Shown one piece after another: positions 27,819-41,610 of a stretch of 64,000 nucleotides of DNA (positions within the stretch are counted from its first letter, which is position 1; each line of letters starts with the position of its first letter). A program made the position numbers and the translations under genes. The stretch lies in assembly GCF_006345805.1 (NCBI RefSeq), contig NC_042997.1, positions 99,572,001 through 99,636,000 of the forward strand, in the 5' to 3' direction. Below the pieces are notes generated by a model. The model was not told the DNA's origin. It saw nothing but the letters and a program-made list of their open reading frames with translations, and made no database searches. The stretch comes from Octopus sinensis. Taxonomy: Eukaryota.

Positions 27819-28139
27819 GTGCTTGGGTGTGTATTTCAGTTGTGTATGTGTGTGTGTGTGTGCGTGTCACACAAATATGCAACTGAAGAGTTTAAAGTAC
27901 CAGTAATGATAAGGCTGTTGACTGGGAGAACCACAAACAAGGTTTAAACAGTAAGCTTGGCAGGAAAGAAACGTGCCTTTAAGCAGTACAAAAACAACAA
28001 AAATAGAAGGTACAGTTATGTACAGATTGACGGAAGAAAAGCAGGACAAAAACGGCTTTATCGATAGCATTCTCACCTGGAATTGATTTTTGTAATTTTT
28101 TCAAGGCTTATACACATCCTGATACCGTCGGTATCTACA

Positions 28140-28227
28140 TATCAAATTTCAGCGCAATCGGATGGAGGATGCCCGAGATCCGAGAAGACACACACACAGA
28201 CAGACAGAACGGATTTTATATAATAGA
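28140..28227 (-). mobile_element. Helitron-like 5' end fragment
   Basis: Minus A|TCTATTATATAAAA followed by (TCTG/TG)n and ccgattgcgctgaaattt, the same 5' architecture as 324-1088; 3' end not established. Confidence 0.5.
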
Positions 28228-28679
28228 TGTTTACGTGTGTATGTATATATGTGCGTATATATGTGTGTGTGTATGTTTATGTATGCATATATGTGTGTGT
28301 AAGTATATTTATATATATATATATCAAATATATATATATATATCAAATAATATATATATATATATATTATTATATATATATATATGATATGATATGAGAA
28401 TTCTGTCATGTCGTATGTGTATGTGTGTGCGCGCGCACGTGTCTGTATGTGTGCATGTATGTGAGTGTTTTAATTTTGTAAATATATTTTTCTTTCGAGA
28501 TCGTTGAAAGCAAGTCACGGAAAGCTTACCTCTTGCTCTGCTGCGCTCAGCATGATAATTTTCAATATTTCCTGTATATATACTTTACAACATTTTGTCT
28601 CTTCCACTACATTAACTTCACTAAACTCATTATTATCTTTAATTAACTGATGACCGTTATACTCGCTTACTTTACTGGT

Positions 28680-28711
<32 letters not shown>

Positions 28712-28950
28712 GATGATGATGTTGTTGTTGTTGTTGTTGTTGTTGATGATGTTGTTGTTGTTGTTCTTGCTGTTGTTGTTGTTGTTGTTTACCTCCCTAC
28801 CTATCACCACCTGCATCCTTCTCTCAGTACTTTTCCACAAAATAATACTTGATAGTAATTAGTGTGATGTAACAAACCGCTGACTATTAATTAGCAAGCC
28901 TTATCATTTCTTGAGCTTTATCTTTTTTGTCATTTTCTTCTTTCTCTTTC

Positions 28951-29025
<75 letters not shown>

Positions 29026-29199
29026 AGGTGATGGTGGGAGAGCCGGTGATCCGTGGATGTAATGGTTAATTCGTCTGCACTGTTAACCTGAGTTGAGTCG
29101 CGTGAGTGGTTCAATTCATGCGTTAGAGATCATCCCCGTTTTTACTGAAATAAACCGCAGAGAAAGAAAAAAAAGCATAATTCGGTAGACCGGTGTACA

Positions 29200-29924
29200 A
29201 AACGCTTTGCCTTATATAATTACATCCTTCTACGTTCCGAGTTCAATTTCCACTGAGGTCAATTTAGCTTTTTTTTCCTTCTAGAGTCGATGAAATAAAG
29301 TACTAATCAAGTACTAGAGTCAATTTAATTGACTAACCCCACCACCAAATTTCTAGCTTTGTGTCAATGTTAGAAATTGGGGTGGTGGCTTGGCAAAATT
29401 GTTTGAGTATCGAGCAAAATGCCTTGCTGTATAAATTCCAGCCCTTTGAGTTCTTAGTTAAAATCTCATCGAAGTCGCCCCTTTGGCAGTTGATAGAATA
29501 AAGTACCAGTCAAGTACTTGGGTCGATAACATCGTCTTGCCCTTTCTCCTCAAAAATGTTGGGCTTGTGTCTAAATTGGAAACAATTATAAGAGTGGTGG
29601 AGTATCAGCATCGTTAGAATGTCGGACAAGTCCGGGTTCAAGTAACGCCGAGGTCAACTTTGCTTTTCATCCCTCTGGGATCAATGAAATAAAATACCAG
29701 TCAACTGCTGAGGTCGATGGTCTTGTCTAACACCTTTGCCTCAAAACTTCTGGCCTTGTGCTTAAATCAGAAGCGATTTATCATTGTCATGGCGCTTTAC
29801 GTTGTGTTCAAATCCCGCTGAGGCTAACTTCCCCTTTCATCCCTTCGAGATCAATAAAATAAAGTACGGGTCAAGTAGTTGAGGCACTTGGATCGACTAA
29901 CCTCTTTCGACTAAAACTATTTCC

Positions 29925-29989
<65 letters not shown>

Positions 29990-30140
29990 ACAGCAGCAGC
30001 AGCAGCAGCATTGTGGCAAAATGGTAGAATCTACGGTGTTTAATTACGTCCCTTTACGTTCTAAGTTCAAATCTCACCGAGGACAGCTTTGACTTTGTTT
30101 CAGGGATCGATAAAATAAAGTATCTATCAAATACTGGTTT
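29200..30140 (+). mobile_element. Head-to-tail array of about five degenerate SINE-A' copies
   Basis: Recurrent gttcaa B box + gat(a)aaataaagtacc + ccttgtg..aaa tail at ~29200-29375, 29378-29588, 29590-29775, 29790-29925, 30010-30140. Confidence 0.65.
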
Positions 30141-32049
30141 CCTTATGGTTGACTCTACTGCGCTCAGAATGATAATTTTCAATATTTTCTGTATATATAT
30201 TTTATAACTTTATTTGGTTGAGGTCGGGTTTCTATCTAGATGTTTCCTCACGGGTTGAAACGGAGAATGTCTGCCGCTATGTATGGAGAAGAGGAGAGGA
30301 CGCTAATAATGATGTCCAATTTGAAGACCTGCCTTTCATGGAATTTCATCCATTTTGTTTTCTGCGATTTCGTTTTTCCTTTTCGTTTTTCCTGAACGCT
30401 TCATAATAACTGAGGTCTCGATTCGTAATGCTGCTTCTATTTTGCTCAATATTTCTGGGTAAAGTAATATTTGACACTTTAATCTGACGCATGACCAACG
30501 TGGCATTTGGTCGTGTATTTTTTATCAGAGTCCCGAATTGACCTAAGCTTTGTGAAGGCAAGTGTGTCAATGGAAACAGATTGGAAACCTGTCGAGCGGA
30601 TTGTACCTGAAATTTCAAGATCCTACCATGACATGCTGCTTCCATCTGAGAGTTAATATTAAGGGCACACAGTTCTGTGGAATATTCGCCCATTTACACG
30701 TTAAGTCATAAAGCAGATACTTCAGGTGGTCGAACAAACACTGCCAAAACTGATGAATCCATTAATATATACAACCACGTCTGTTTATGAGTTTTGATTT
30801 TGTTCCCTGAAAGTTGTGCTCGGTGAAACTCCAAAGATTATTAGTAATTTTATGTTGTCAACAAACTGAATACAGCAAAAAAAGCAGAGTAACAGACAGA
30901 ATGAGTCCTTTCTCATAACAGTCTGAGTTTGTTTTGCATTTCATCTCTCCTCCTTGAATAAACAGAAATACTAGCCAAACACTTGACTACACTCATCTCA
31001 GTTTATATGTTCCCTTGTACCAGTATAGGAAATTTTTACTGATGCCGGTCTCTCATTGCATGTCAATAATAAAGCTCTAGTAGTTTGGATTTTTTTTTAT
31101 AACACAAGTTACACGTAAAAGTGTAAAGGGAAAAGGACAGAATTTGAAAACAAATATACTAATGGAAATTTAGAGTAGACAAAAGCAGAAAAGATAGCGT
31201 TAATAATCTTTCCAGTGATAAAAGTGAAGAAATGAATACGGAGTAAATTTTTTTAAATATTACTAGTTTGCTTTGGTTGTTCAACTGTTTACAGTACGAA
31301 CAGAGTACTAAAGGATATTCTCAAATTGGCTAGTTTTAGTTCATAAATATAGAATTATGGTATTCTGATGCTACGTAAAGAACCAAGGAAACATCTGAAA
31401 AATCTCAATTGATTCAAAACAATAGATTAAAAAGGAAGCGGGAATGGGTATTAAGAGCAGCGGTAGTGTAACGGAAGCGAAATAGGTTCAACAAGGATTT
31501 GAAAGGGGATCAACTTGGTTCTCTGGGAATGTTGTTTGGATGGAGAGGGGGTTATTAATGCTCTTCATTATACTTGAATTACAACTATAAAACAAACAAA
31601 AAATTTAGATATGTGTAATTCTATGCAGTTTGTTTTTTGTTGTTGTTTTTTCTTATTCCTTAATTTCGAATTCAAACTTCTAATCCCTCCATTTATGAAA
31701 AAATGATTATCTCCCTTCTGTTAACTGTCCACTATGGGAAACTAACTGTAAAATGGTTTCTAATTTGTAGCACTGCATTTTTTCGATGTAATGTCTGCAA
31801 TTTCCCAGCAATGCAAATTCAAGGTCTCTATATATTAATAGCAGCATAAACGCGGTGAGTCATAAAATAATGCAAATAAAAATTGAATTACTTTCTGATC
31901 ACTCACGTGTAAAGTGAAATCATTCTTTTCTCGGAAGAATTTAAACTGTTAAAATGAAATTGAAGTAGAAAGCCTACAACCAGGAATCTAAACAGAATCA
32001 TTGATTTAGCTAGGATTACCTTCAGCTTGTCTTCATACCCTGTAACATT

Positions 32050-32570
<521 letters not shown>

Positions 32571-33344
32571 TAACTGAAACATCTTTTTCGTGAAGGGCCT
32601 CTTGAGAGCTGATGCTTTGTTTCGGTTACGTTACGCGAATTTGATGGAAGCTTAATAATCCCTTTCGGGACAGAATACACATCTAGTTAAGAATCCACTA
32701 CCTATTAGTGACAGCGAGATGAAGCAAAGAGCTAGCTATGAGTAACTCAGAGACACAACGAAATTCCTGCTACATATTTAAACTCTATGACCCATGAGCA
32801 AGTAGTAATAAAAGTTTATACACTCCGCCATTTTCCCTCTACAGCTTTTAATCATAACTACAAAGTAAGTTCATATTTGTCGCACTGCCCTCTTCAAAGC
32901 AATTTCCGAGCAGTATTGAACATAAAATATGATATTTTAAGGTTTTCGTCGTTACAAGTGGATAATTTCAAATCTAATATTTGGCTTCGTGCCCCAATAG
33001 CTTGGCAACATATACTTCTGATTTTGTCGTCTCAGAGAAAATCGCCACTCGTACAATCACTAATGATCTGAAGAAGAGTTATCAGCATTTCTTCTTTTTC
33101 CTCTTTCCTCATTCTTCTCTTCGTCTTCAAAGTCCTTCTTCATCATCCTTCTTCTCCATACTTTTATTCACATGTCCCGGATTCTCTGCTCTTCTTTTTC
33201 TTCTTTCGTATTTTATTTTATGCTTTCTCTTTCTTTTTTTTTTCTTTTTGTAATTTTCATTCTTCTTCCATCTTCTTCATCGTCACCATTTCGTTCTTAT
33301 ATTTTCTTCTATATTCTACTTCACTGGTCACTTTCTACTGTTTG

Positions 33345-33345
33345 C

Positions 33346-33401
<56 letters not shown>

Positions 33402-33436
33402 AGGTGGTGGTGGTGGTGGTGGTGGTGGTGGTGGTG

Positions 33437-33492
<56 letters not shown>

Positions 33493-33517
33493 GGTGGTGG
33501 TGGTGGTAGTAGTAGTA
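33345..33517. repeat. Compound (TAG)n/(TGG)n microsatellite
   Basis: Alternating TAG and TGG blocks read directly. Confidence 0.95.
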
Positions 33518-33889
33518 CGTTTTGAACCACAGTGCACCGTGGGAAAAAAATCATTTTTAAACGAATTTACCTCACAGTATGATAAAGTATTGTTTGTTCC
33601 AATGTTACTAAGAGAAATTATTCTTCTACTTCATTATCTGGGGTAGAAGAATAATTTATCTTTACACGTTTTAAAACTTTTAAATATTTTCGACAAATGC
33701 CCATTAGCAATATTTACATGAGTTGCGAAATGGCTGCTCGCCACAGTGGAGATGGTAGTAACGTAACTAACTCGCTACATTTTCATACGTAAAACAAAAA
33801 TTCGGACATATACACGAAGCTCAAAGTTTAACCACTTTCATTTGTACAATAAAAGTGCAAGAAAAGATAATTTCAGTAATACTGATTTC

Positions 33890-34345
33890 AAATTTTAGAA
33901 CAAGGCCAGCAATTTCGGGGGTGGTAAGTCGATTACATCGACATCTGTACTCAACTGGTACTTATTTTATCGATCCCGAAAGGATGGAAGGTAAAGTCAA
34001 CTTCGGCGTAATTTGAAGTTAGAACGTAAAAACGGACGAAATGCCGCAAAGCATTTTGGACGGAGTGCTAACGATTCTTATTTCTTTATTGCCCACAAGG
34101 GGCTAAACATAAAGGGGACAAACAAGGACAGGCAAAGAGATTAAGTCGATTACATCGACCCCAGTGCGTAACTGGTACTTAATTTATCGACCCCGAAAGG
34201 ATGAAAGGCAAAGTGGACCTCGGCGGAATTTGAACTCAGAACGTAGCGGCAAACGAAATACCTACTTCTTTACTACCCACAAGGAGCTAAACAAAGAAGG
34301 GACAAACAAGGACAGACAAACGAATTAAGTCGATTATATCGAAAT
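33890..34345 (-). mobile_element. Stacked SINE-A copies (one tail type 2, two tail type 1)
   Basis: 33890-34078 ends in ccgaaattgctggccttg..aaatttgaaa; 34079-34260 and 34255-34345 end in ttgtcccc..tttagccccttgtggg..aataaagaa-type tails. Confidence 0.75.
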
Positions 34346-34454
34346 AAGATCATCCCGGGTATGCTACACTGAGGGCGCAAAGACTGCTGCGGCACGGTTT
34401 AAAAAAAAAATTGCTACATGTGTTGGTAGTAAAGACCACCAACAGGCCTTCTAC

Positions 34455-34485
<31 letters not shown>

Positions 34486-34584
34486 AAGAAGAAGAAGAAG
34501 AAGAAGAAGAAGAAGAAGAAGAAGAAGAAGAAGAAGAAGAAGAAGAAGAAGAAGAAGAAGAAGAAGAAGAAGAAGAAGAAGAAG
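34455..34584. repeat. (AAG)n microsatellite
   Basis: Read directly; similar tracts at 38983-39058 and 45953-46068. Confidence 0.95.
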
Positions 34585-35363
34585 ACGGCAGACAGCAGGA
34601 GAAGCATTACCACCAACAGCAGGGCCAGAGATGAAAAACGTAGCTGCTAATTAAATTGTTTACAAAGTTCCACCGATTCAGCTCCCGATGTAACCATAGC
34701 GAAATCAAGGGAAATCGCCTGTTCCTAAGCGTCACCAGAACCAAGGGTTTACGACAGTATAAGATACAAAAAAGTCATGAAGTCTCTTCTTCTGGTGTAG
34801 GAAAAAAACGTGAGAAAGATAGAAATCTAAAGTAGAATACTTGTATGAAAGGAGAGAAAGAAGAAAGAAAATGGTTTTAAAAAAAGAGGTTGCGTTTCCC
34901 TCATGAAGAAGATCTCATCATTATAGAGTACCTGACTTTTATGGTGGTATGAAAGGCGAATCGCAAAGTACTTAGTCTAACACTGGCTGTAAAACAGAAC
35001 CTATAGAATGTTGTACTGATTCGGAAGATGGGGGCGAGTACATGATTCATGATTGATAATAACATCTGCTGAGGAATTGTTCCAAAGGATATAGACCGCA
35101 ACAGCTCAATTACGCTCAAAAGTACTAAGGAATATTTGAGCGAACCAAGTTTGCGGAAGGCGGCAAGTGTCGTCGACTGTCCAGGCCCTACCTATGTGGT
35201 GGCATCTCATACCTGTATGAGGGAAGTATCCTCATTTTTAACCATTATATGTACCAACTTTTCGCATATGTTAATATAACGCATAATCTTGCTTGCTCAA
35301 GCCGTCGTTTATTATATATATATATATATGTGAGTGCATATATGTTAGTATATGTGTATGTCG

Positions 35364-36720
35364 TTATTCAGTTTATTTCAACATTTCCTGCCAATAGAAT
35401 AAGAACCGTTTTCTAACCTAGATCCAAGACTCCTCCATTGGAATTTCAACATCAAAAACAGGGTACGTATGTAAGTATGTATGTATGTATGTATGTAGTA
35501 TGTATGTATGTATGTATGTATGTATGTATGTATGTATGTATGTATGTATGTATGTATGTATGTATGTATGTATGTATGTATGTATGTATGTATGTATGTA
35601 TGCATGTATGTATGTATGTATGTATGTATGTATGTATGTATGTATGTATGCATGTATGCAGATTTCTGTTTTATGTATGTATTCTCATACATATAGTTGC
35701 ATATCTAGACATGCTCATATATATTTAAATGATAAACTTCTGGAAAGTTTTACAGAATTTTAGCTCCAGTAATGGATCAGATCTGTAGTCTTCGAATTAG
35801 CTTTCTCCTTTCTGGTTTTGAGAAGCCTAATTTCTCAAGATTGGTATTTAGGTAGTGTGTTACATATCCCAGGGCCCCAATAATTACAGGTATAAACCTG
35901 AACTTGTAATCTGGATAGAGTAACTGTAGATTTTTCAATAGTTCAGCATAGGTGTTCTCTTTTTCGCTGATCCTGAACTTTATGTTAACATCCGCTGGGC
36001 AGCTAATTTTCACAACTGAACACAGTTTCTCTTCTCTATCCTAAATCATTTTATCAGGTCTGTTGTGCTTACATTTTATTGAGGTCTTCACTGGTACATT
36101 CCGCCAGTATTCCTTTTTCTTATGAGTGACTCTACCAAACTGTGGGTTCTTATTTCTTTGTCCTCGGGATTATCCTTCTGACAGATTTCATTACAGAGTG
36201 TCCTAGCATTCATCATGACTCATTGACAGATAATACCATAATTACATTTTCGAACAACTGCTTATAATGTGTGTGATATCTTCAGTGTTAACTCCACAAA
36301 GTCTGCATCGGTTGTCACATTTTACTGCTTTTCCTGCTTCTCTATCCCTTTTGTGCATCAGATACTTGGTTGATATTTCCTGTTCCTGGATTGCAAACGC
36401 ATACCCTTTAAAGTGGGAGGTAGTAATCCGGCTATTGGTCCATGATAAACTGCTTTGATGATCAATGTTACTATCATCACGGAGCTTTTCTACTAACATA
36501 TCCATGCATAGTCTTCTGCTCATATAGACTCATCCTTTCATCTGATAATATATTGCGGTAGAGTCGTGCAATTTCTTTGAGCATGCATTCTAGGTTATCA
36601 GACAAAGAGTGTTGCTCAAGGAGCTGCCTTCAAAGTCTTATGATGCTATCAGGTTCATGTATGCAAACTTGGTCAAGAGATTCACTTCGATACTTGGTGG
36701 TTAAAAGATGTTGCCGAAGA
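35364..36720 (-). mobile_element. R4/Dong-like RLE-type LINE, 3' fragment
   Basis: KTMHG, GYAFAIQEQEISTKY, CRLCGVNTEDITHIISSC (CCHC), RPDMI..DREEK, EKENTY..L, FIPVIIGALG = restriction-like endonuclease end; putative 3'UTR contains (CATA)n 35462-35657 and ends gaaataaactgaataa. Confidence 0.75.
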
Positions 36721-36840
36721 GATATGATGCGACATTCAAATGTATATGTGTGTATGTGGGAATCTACATCACACATGATTTGTACCCCTTTGCTAAGACA
36801 TATTTGTATTGTATGTCTGGGCCCATTGGGCCATTATTAA

Positions 36841-37062
36841 GGCGGTGAGCTGGCAGAATCGTTAGCACATAAAGACAGAAAAAATGTTCAGCAGTATTTC
36901 GTCCATCTTTACGTTCTGAGTTCAAATTCCATCAAAGTCGGCTTGCTTTACCTTTCATTCTTTCGGGTCGATTTAAAAAGTGCCGATTTAGCACTGACGT
37001 CGATGTAATCGACTTACTCCACTCACAAAATCGCTTGCCTTGTACCAAAATTTGAAACAATT
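36841..37062. mobile_element. SINE-A head (plus) joined to a SINE-A' tail (minus)
   Basis: ggcggtgagctggcagaatcgttagc...gagttcaaattcc...cctttcattctttcgggtcgat on plus, then tcgatgtaatcgac...ccttgtaccaaaatttgaaac; mixed/decayed copy. Confidence 0.65.
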
Positions 37063-37063
37063 T

Positions 37064-37146
<83 letters not shown>

Positions 37147-37499
37147 TCACGTTCGACTTCATCCTTCCACTTTTATTGCCTCATCATTTGCTCGCTTTTC
37201 TGTTACAATAACTCATCTTCATTCTTATATTATTCTTCCCTTCATGTTATTTATTCTTCCTACTCCTGTTCAGATACTCTTTTCGAAACTCTCTTTCCAC
37301 TGCATTTTGAACTTTATTCGTCCTTTGTCTCTTCTTTTCTGCTCTTAATTAAAACTTCATTCACACAATCTGCACATAATCTTCTTTCGTGTGTAGTCGT
37401 TTGTGCGAATGTATGTGTGCGTGTAGGTATGCATATATCTCTGTGTGTATATGTGTACGTGCGCATACATAATATATATATATAGATAAAGATAATAAC

Positions 37500-37619
<120 letters not shown>

Positions 37620-37919
37620 AATAATAATAATATATTTACAATATACATACTAGCGGCAGTACTTGGTCGTCCTTGCCTGGGTTTAAAGAAAATATCAATA
37701 AAAGTCACATAGTTCTATGACCTTCTCTTTGAAAAGATGTGCCTTTATGCAAAATGTCAGCGACCTAAGTGGATATATGTCTATATATGTATATGTGTGT
37801 ACGTGTGAGAGAGAGACAGAGAGAGGGTGGAGTGCGTATTTATGCACACATATATGAGTATAAACATACATATCTCCATACGCATTCACACACGCGTGCG
37901 CGTGCATTTATGTGGTGCA

Positions 37920-38040
37920 TATCTGATGAAGAAGAGGAATTCTTCTTCAAGAGATAGAGAGAGCGCAAGCTTACAAATCCACTTAAACTGTAGCGATGGG
38001 AGATTTCAATGTAAAGGTCGGAAAAGGACGACAGGGAAGG
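37920..38040 (+). mobile_element. RTE-like endonuclease fragment
   Basis: SDEEEE.FFQEIERAQA...VAMGDFNVKVGKGRQG matches the GDFNAKVG motif of RTE-type APE domains. Confidence 0.5.
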
Positions 38041-38240
38041 AATAAATGCAGACTAAATGACTGAAAATTCACAGACTACAGGCAAACTCGTACAGTTACC
38101 GAATATTATTCCAAAAATTGGAAAAGGTCACTCGGAAGGCCTCCATGATGATTGGAAAACGATTCAATTGAATGATTTGGTCCATAATGGAAAAGAAAGG
38201 CGCAATTAAGAAAGAACTGAAAGTGCATTGTGACCAACAG

Positions 38241-38280
<40 letters not shown>

Positions 38281-39059
38281 TTACGATATATAGATTCAAG
38301 TAACCCGGCAGTACTCAAACAATTACTTAGATTGTCATTGTACAACCGTATAAGTTATATGGTAATATACATGAGAAAAGAATAGGGATGTTTATAGTTA
38401 AAGTTCATCATAATATTTGTCCGTCATATCTATTTATATATATATATATATACATACATACATACATACATACATACATAACGACCCTCCATTTTTGGTT
38501 TCGTTCGATTTCCTTGTATATCTCCACTGTCAAGTTTTTGTTCCCAACTTTGACTCTTTATAAATCCTAAATTTTTTTTTTTTTTTTGAATTTATGGTAG
38601 TAGCTGTCTTTGAAGACTTATATTGTCGTTGAATGCTCGAAATGGATAGTAGATAAGACAGGCGACAACTGATGAAGGGTCCCTACTCTGTGTTTACTTG
38701 TCCTATTCTCCCTTTTTCTCGTTGTTTATGTATTTAACACGTTTATTTACGTATTTCATGTTGTTTGAACCGTTGGTGATGTCCAGTGCCTATGTGTGTG
38801 TGTGGGGGGGGTGCATGCGTGCGTGTGTAGTCAATTCAAATAAACGAATAAAAAACGAAAAAAGAAAAAACAACGAACGTGAGGACGTACACAAGAAATG
38901 TATAAAACTGATGCTCGATGAAAGGAGAGTTTAACGTTTCGAGAATAGCTCTTCATCGGAAAGAAGAAACGGGGAAAAGTCCGAAGAAGAAGAAGAAGAA
39001 GAAGAAGAAGAAGAAGAAAGAAGAAGAAGAAGAAGAAGAAGAAGAAGAAGAAGAAGAAC

Positions 39060-39108
<49 letters not shown>

Positions 39109-40009
39109 GAAAACACCAACGGCTTACATATACACACACATACATATATATATATATATACACTTCGATTAGAGGTTGTGTTAACATCATGATAGGATAG
39201 TTTCATCCAAGGAAGTACTGGTTCAATACCTAATATTTTGGAGGAATTTCAGTTTGCTATAATGAATCCATAAACGCATAAAACATCCAAAGGTATATAT
39301 TTTTCCTCTGAAGATATTATACTCGGGGTCATATAAATTTAATATTTACTTAAAATTTTTCTGCGTATTAATTGAAACAGCGCATTTGTACATATAAAAA
39401 GCACGCAAGAAGAACCCTTAATTCGTTAAAAAAATTTTAGGCGCCAACATCAGTGATAAAGTAAGACAGAGCATGACCTCTCTCCAAAAGCAAAACGATT
39501 GCTTAACTCCCGCTACACTCTCAACCAACTGCCTATTAAGCCAACACATCCAGGTGAGTACTTTTCAGATATTGCAGAGTCGCTAAGAAGGTGAGCTCAG
39601 ATAAATAATTGATAGATAATTGATGTATCCTATAATGGCAACCATTATTGCAGGCAAGTTATTTTTATTTTTATCTTTAACAAATCGACCACAGTACTTA
39701 TAAGTCTAGTACTTATTCTCTCGGTCTCTTTTGCCGAACTGATGGTTAAACGAACCAAGACTGATTGTGAAGTGGTACAGGGACAGACACATACACAAAG
39801 ATGTACACAAACACACACACATATACACACATTGTGTATATATATGTGACCTCGTGAGTACCACCGGCGATTTTTTTTCCTCTGTCTTCCCTTCTCGGGA
39901 TCTTTCCTTCTCCTATGTTTCCGACGATTATTCGTATACATGTTTCACTATTAACATATTAGTAATTTTACTTATATAAATGTCCGTAGATCATCGGTGC
40001 ATATATATA

Positions 40010-41276
40010 CAGCGGTTGGACAAAATAATGGAAACACCTTAAAATTTCAGACAAATTTATTATAATATGTGGTAGGACCGCCTTTGGCAGTAATTACAGC
40101 TTGAATTCTATGAGGTATGGACTCGTACAAAGTTTGAATTGTTTCCAAAGGAATGTTTGTTCATTCTTCAGCTAAAATGGTCTCCAGTTCTTGTAGTGAT
40201 GATGATGGAGGATATCGACTCCTTACTTGTTTTTCTAAATGCACCATAAATGTTCAATAATATTGAGATCTGGGGACTGTGGTAGCCAGATAAGATGTTC
40301 AACTTCACTAGAGTGTTTCGCGTGCCATTCAGTAACAACTTTAGCTGTATGAATTGCTGCATTATCATCCTGTAAGATTGCGTTTCCCTCCAGATAAAGT
40401 TCCGCAACCATAGGATGAATTTTATCAGATAAAATGCTTAAATAGTCTTGACTATTAATTCTGCCATGAATCTGCCGGCGGATTTACAAGATATACCCCC
40501 TCCCCCCAATCATCACAGATCCTCCCCCATGTTTAACAGTTGGAAGAAGGCGGGCTGGGTCAAATGCTTCTTTTGGTTGTCTCCACATGTATACTCGGCG
40601 GATGGTCGGAAATAAGGTAAACGATGACTCGTCTGAGAAAATAACATTCTTCCATTGCTCTAGAGCCCAATTCTGTAGGTTTTTACTCCACTCTAAATGC
40701 TTTGCAACATTTGTTTTTGAAAGCAGTGGTTTTCTAATTGCAGTCCTCCCGTGAAATTCGGTTTTGTGTAGCTCCTGGCGAACAGTTTTGTGGAAACTGG
40801 GTTCTCGGGGTTGTCGTTAAGCTTTGCAGTAATTCTGGGAGCTGTACTTTTGTGATTCTTTCTAACAATTCGCATAAGAGTCCGACGGTCCCTATCTGAG
40901 AATTTTGGTTTTCTTCCGGAGTTTTGTTTCGACGAGGAGGTTTTTTTCCTCTTTCTCAAAGGCTGTCATTACTTTCGAGACTGTAGTTTTTGATACACCA
41001 AACATTTCGGCAGTTTTTCTTACGCTAGCGCCTGCAATACTAGCACCAACAATTTGACCTCTTTGAAAGCCCGATAGATCTGTCATTTTAATGAATTTTA
41101 ATTACCTTTTTCTGATGAAATCTGAAAAGAAACAACAATTTTAGCAAAACATATTAAGCAACACTAATAATAAATCAAAAAAACATAAAAATAAACAAGC
41201 TTTTGGCGGTTTTATAGATATTGCAAAATTATGATGCTATGATGCTAGGTGTTTCCATTATTTTGTCCAACCCCTG
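40010..41276 (-). mobile_element. Tc1-like DD36E (Incomer-like) transposon, both ends intact, transposase disrupted
   Basis: 30-bp TIRs cagsggttggacaaaataatggaaacacct (29/30), TA on both sides, 1267 bp; transposase ~41086-40050: MTDLSGFQRGQIVGA, SGRKPK, VIFSDESSF, TVKHGGGSVM, QDDNAAIH...SPDLNIIE (36 residues D-to-E), GGPT. Confidence 0.92.
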
Positions 41277-41359
41277 TATATATATATATATATATATATA
41301 TCTATTTGAATAGTGGTTTTGTCTCAAATAATATTTTATATATATATATATATATATTT

Positions 41360-41590
41360 GGCGGTCAGCTGGCAGAAACGTTAGCGCGCCGGGCGAAATA
41401 CGTAGCCGTATTTCATCTGTCGTTACGTTCCGAGTTCAAATTCCGCCGAGGTCGACTTTGCCTTTCATCCTTTCGGGGTCGATAAATTAGGTACCAGTTA
41501 CGCACTCGGGTCGATGTAATCGACTTAATCCGTTTGTCGGTCCTTGTTTGTCCCCTTTGTGTTTAGCTCCTTGTGGGTAGAAAAGAAATA
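41360..41590 (+). mobile_element. SINE-A full length (tRNA head, Deu/Nin-like domain, tail type 1)
   Basis: ggcggtcagctggcagaaacgttagc A box, gagttcaaattcc B box, gcctttcatcctttcggggtcgataaattaggtaccag (recalled as Deu/Nin-domain-like), tail ttgtcccctttgtgtttagctccttgtggg. Confidence 0.88.
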
Positions 41591-41610
41591 TATATATATA
41601 TACATATACA

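Noticed and set aside
30346-30693. 115-aa minus ORF in unique sequence
   Set aside because: No recognisable motif or splice context; such lengths occur by chance.
34930-35120. Possible RLE-LINE C-terminus on plus
   Set aside because: Resemblance to QKIALLGTA.ILRKVL is too weak.
41360-41450. Functional tRNA genes at SINE heads (also 9692, 10200-10270, 29048, 58080-58162)
   Set aside because: A/B boxes are present but no complete cloverleaf; they continue into SINE bodies or are decayed.
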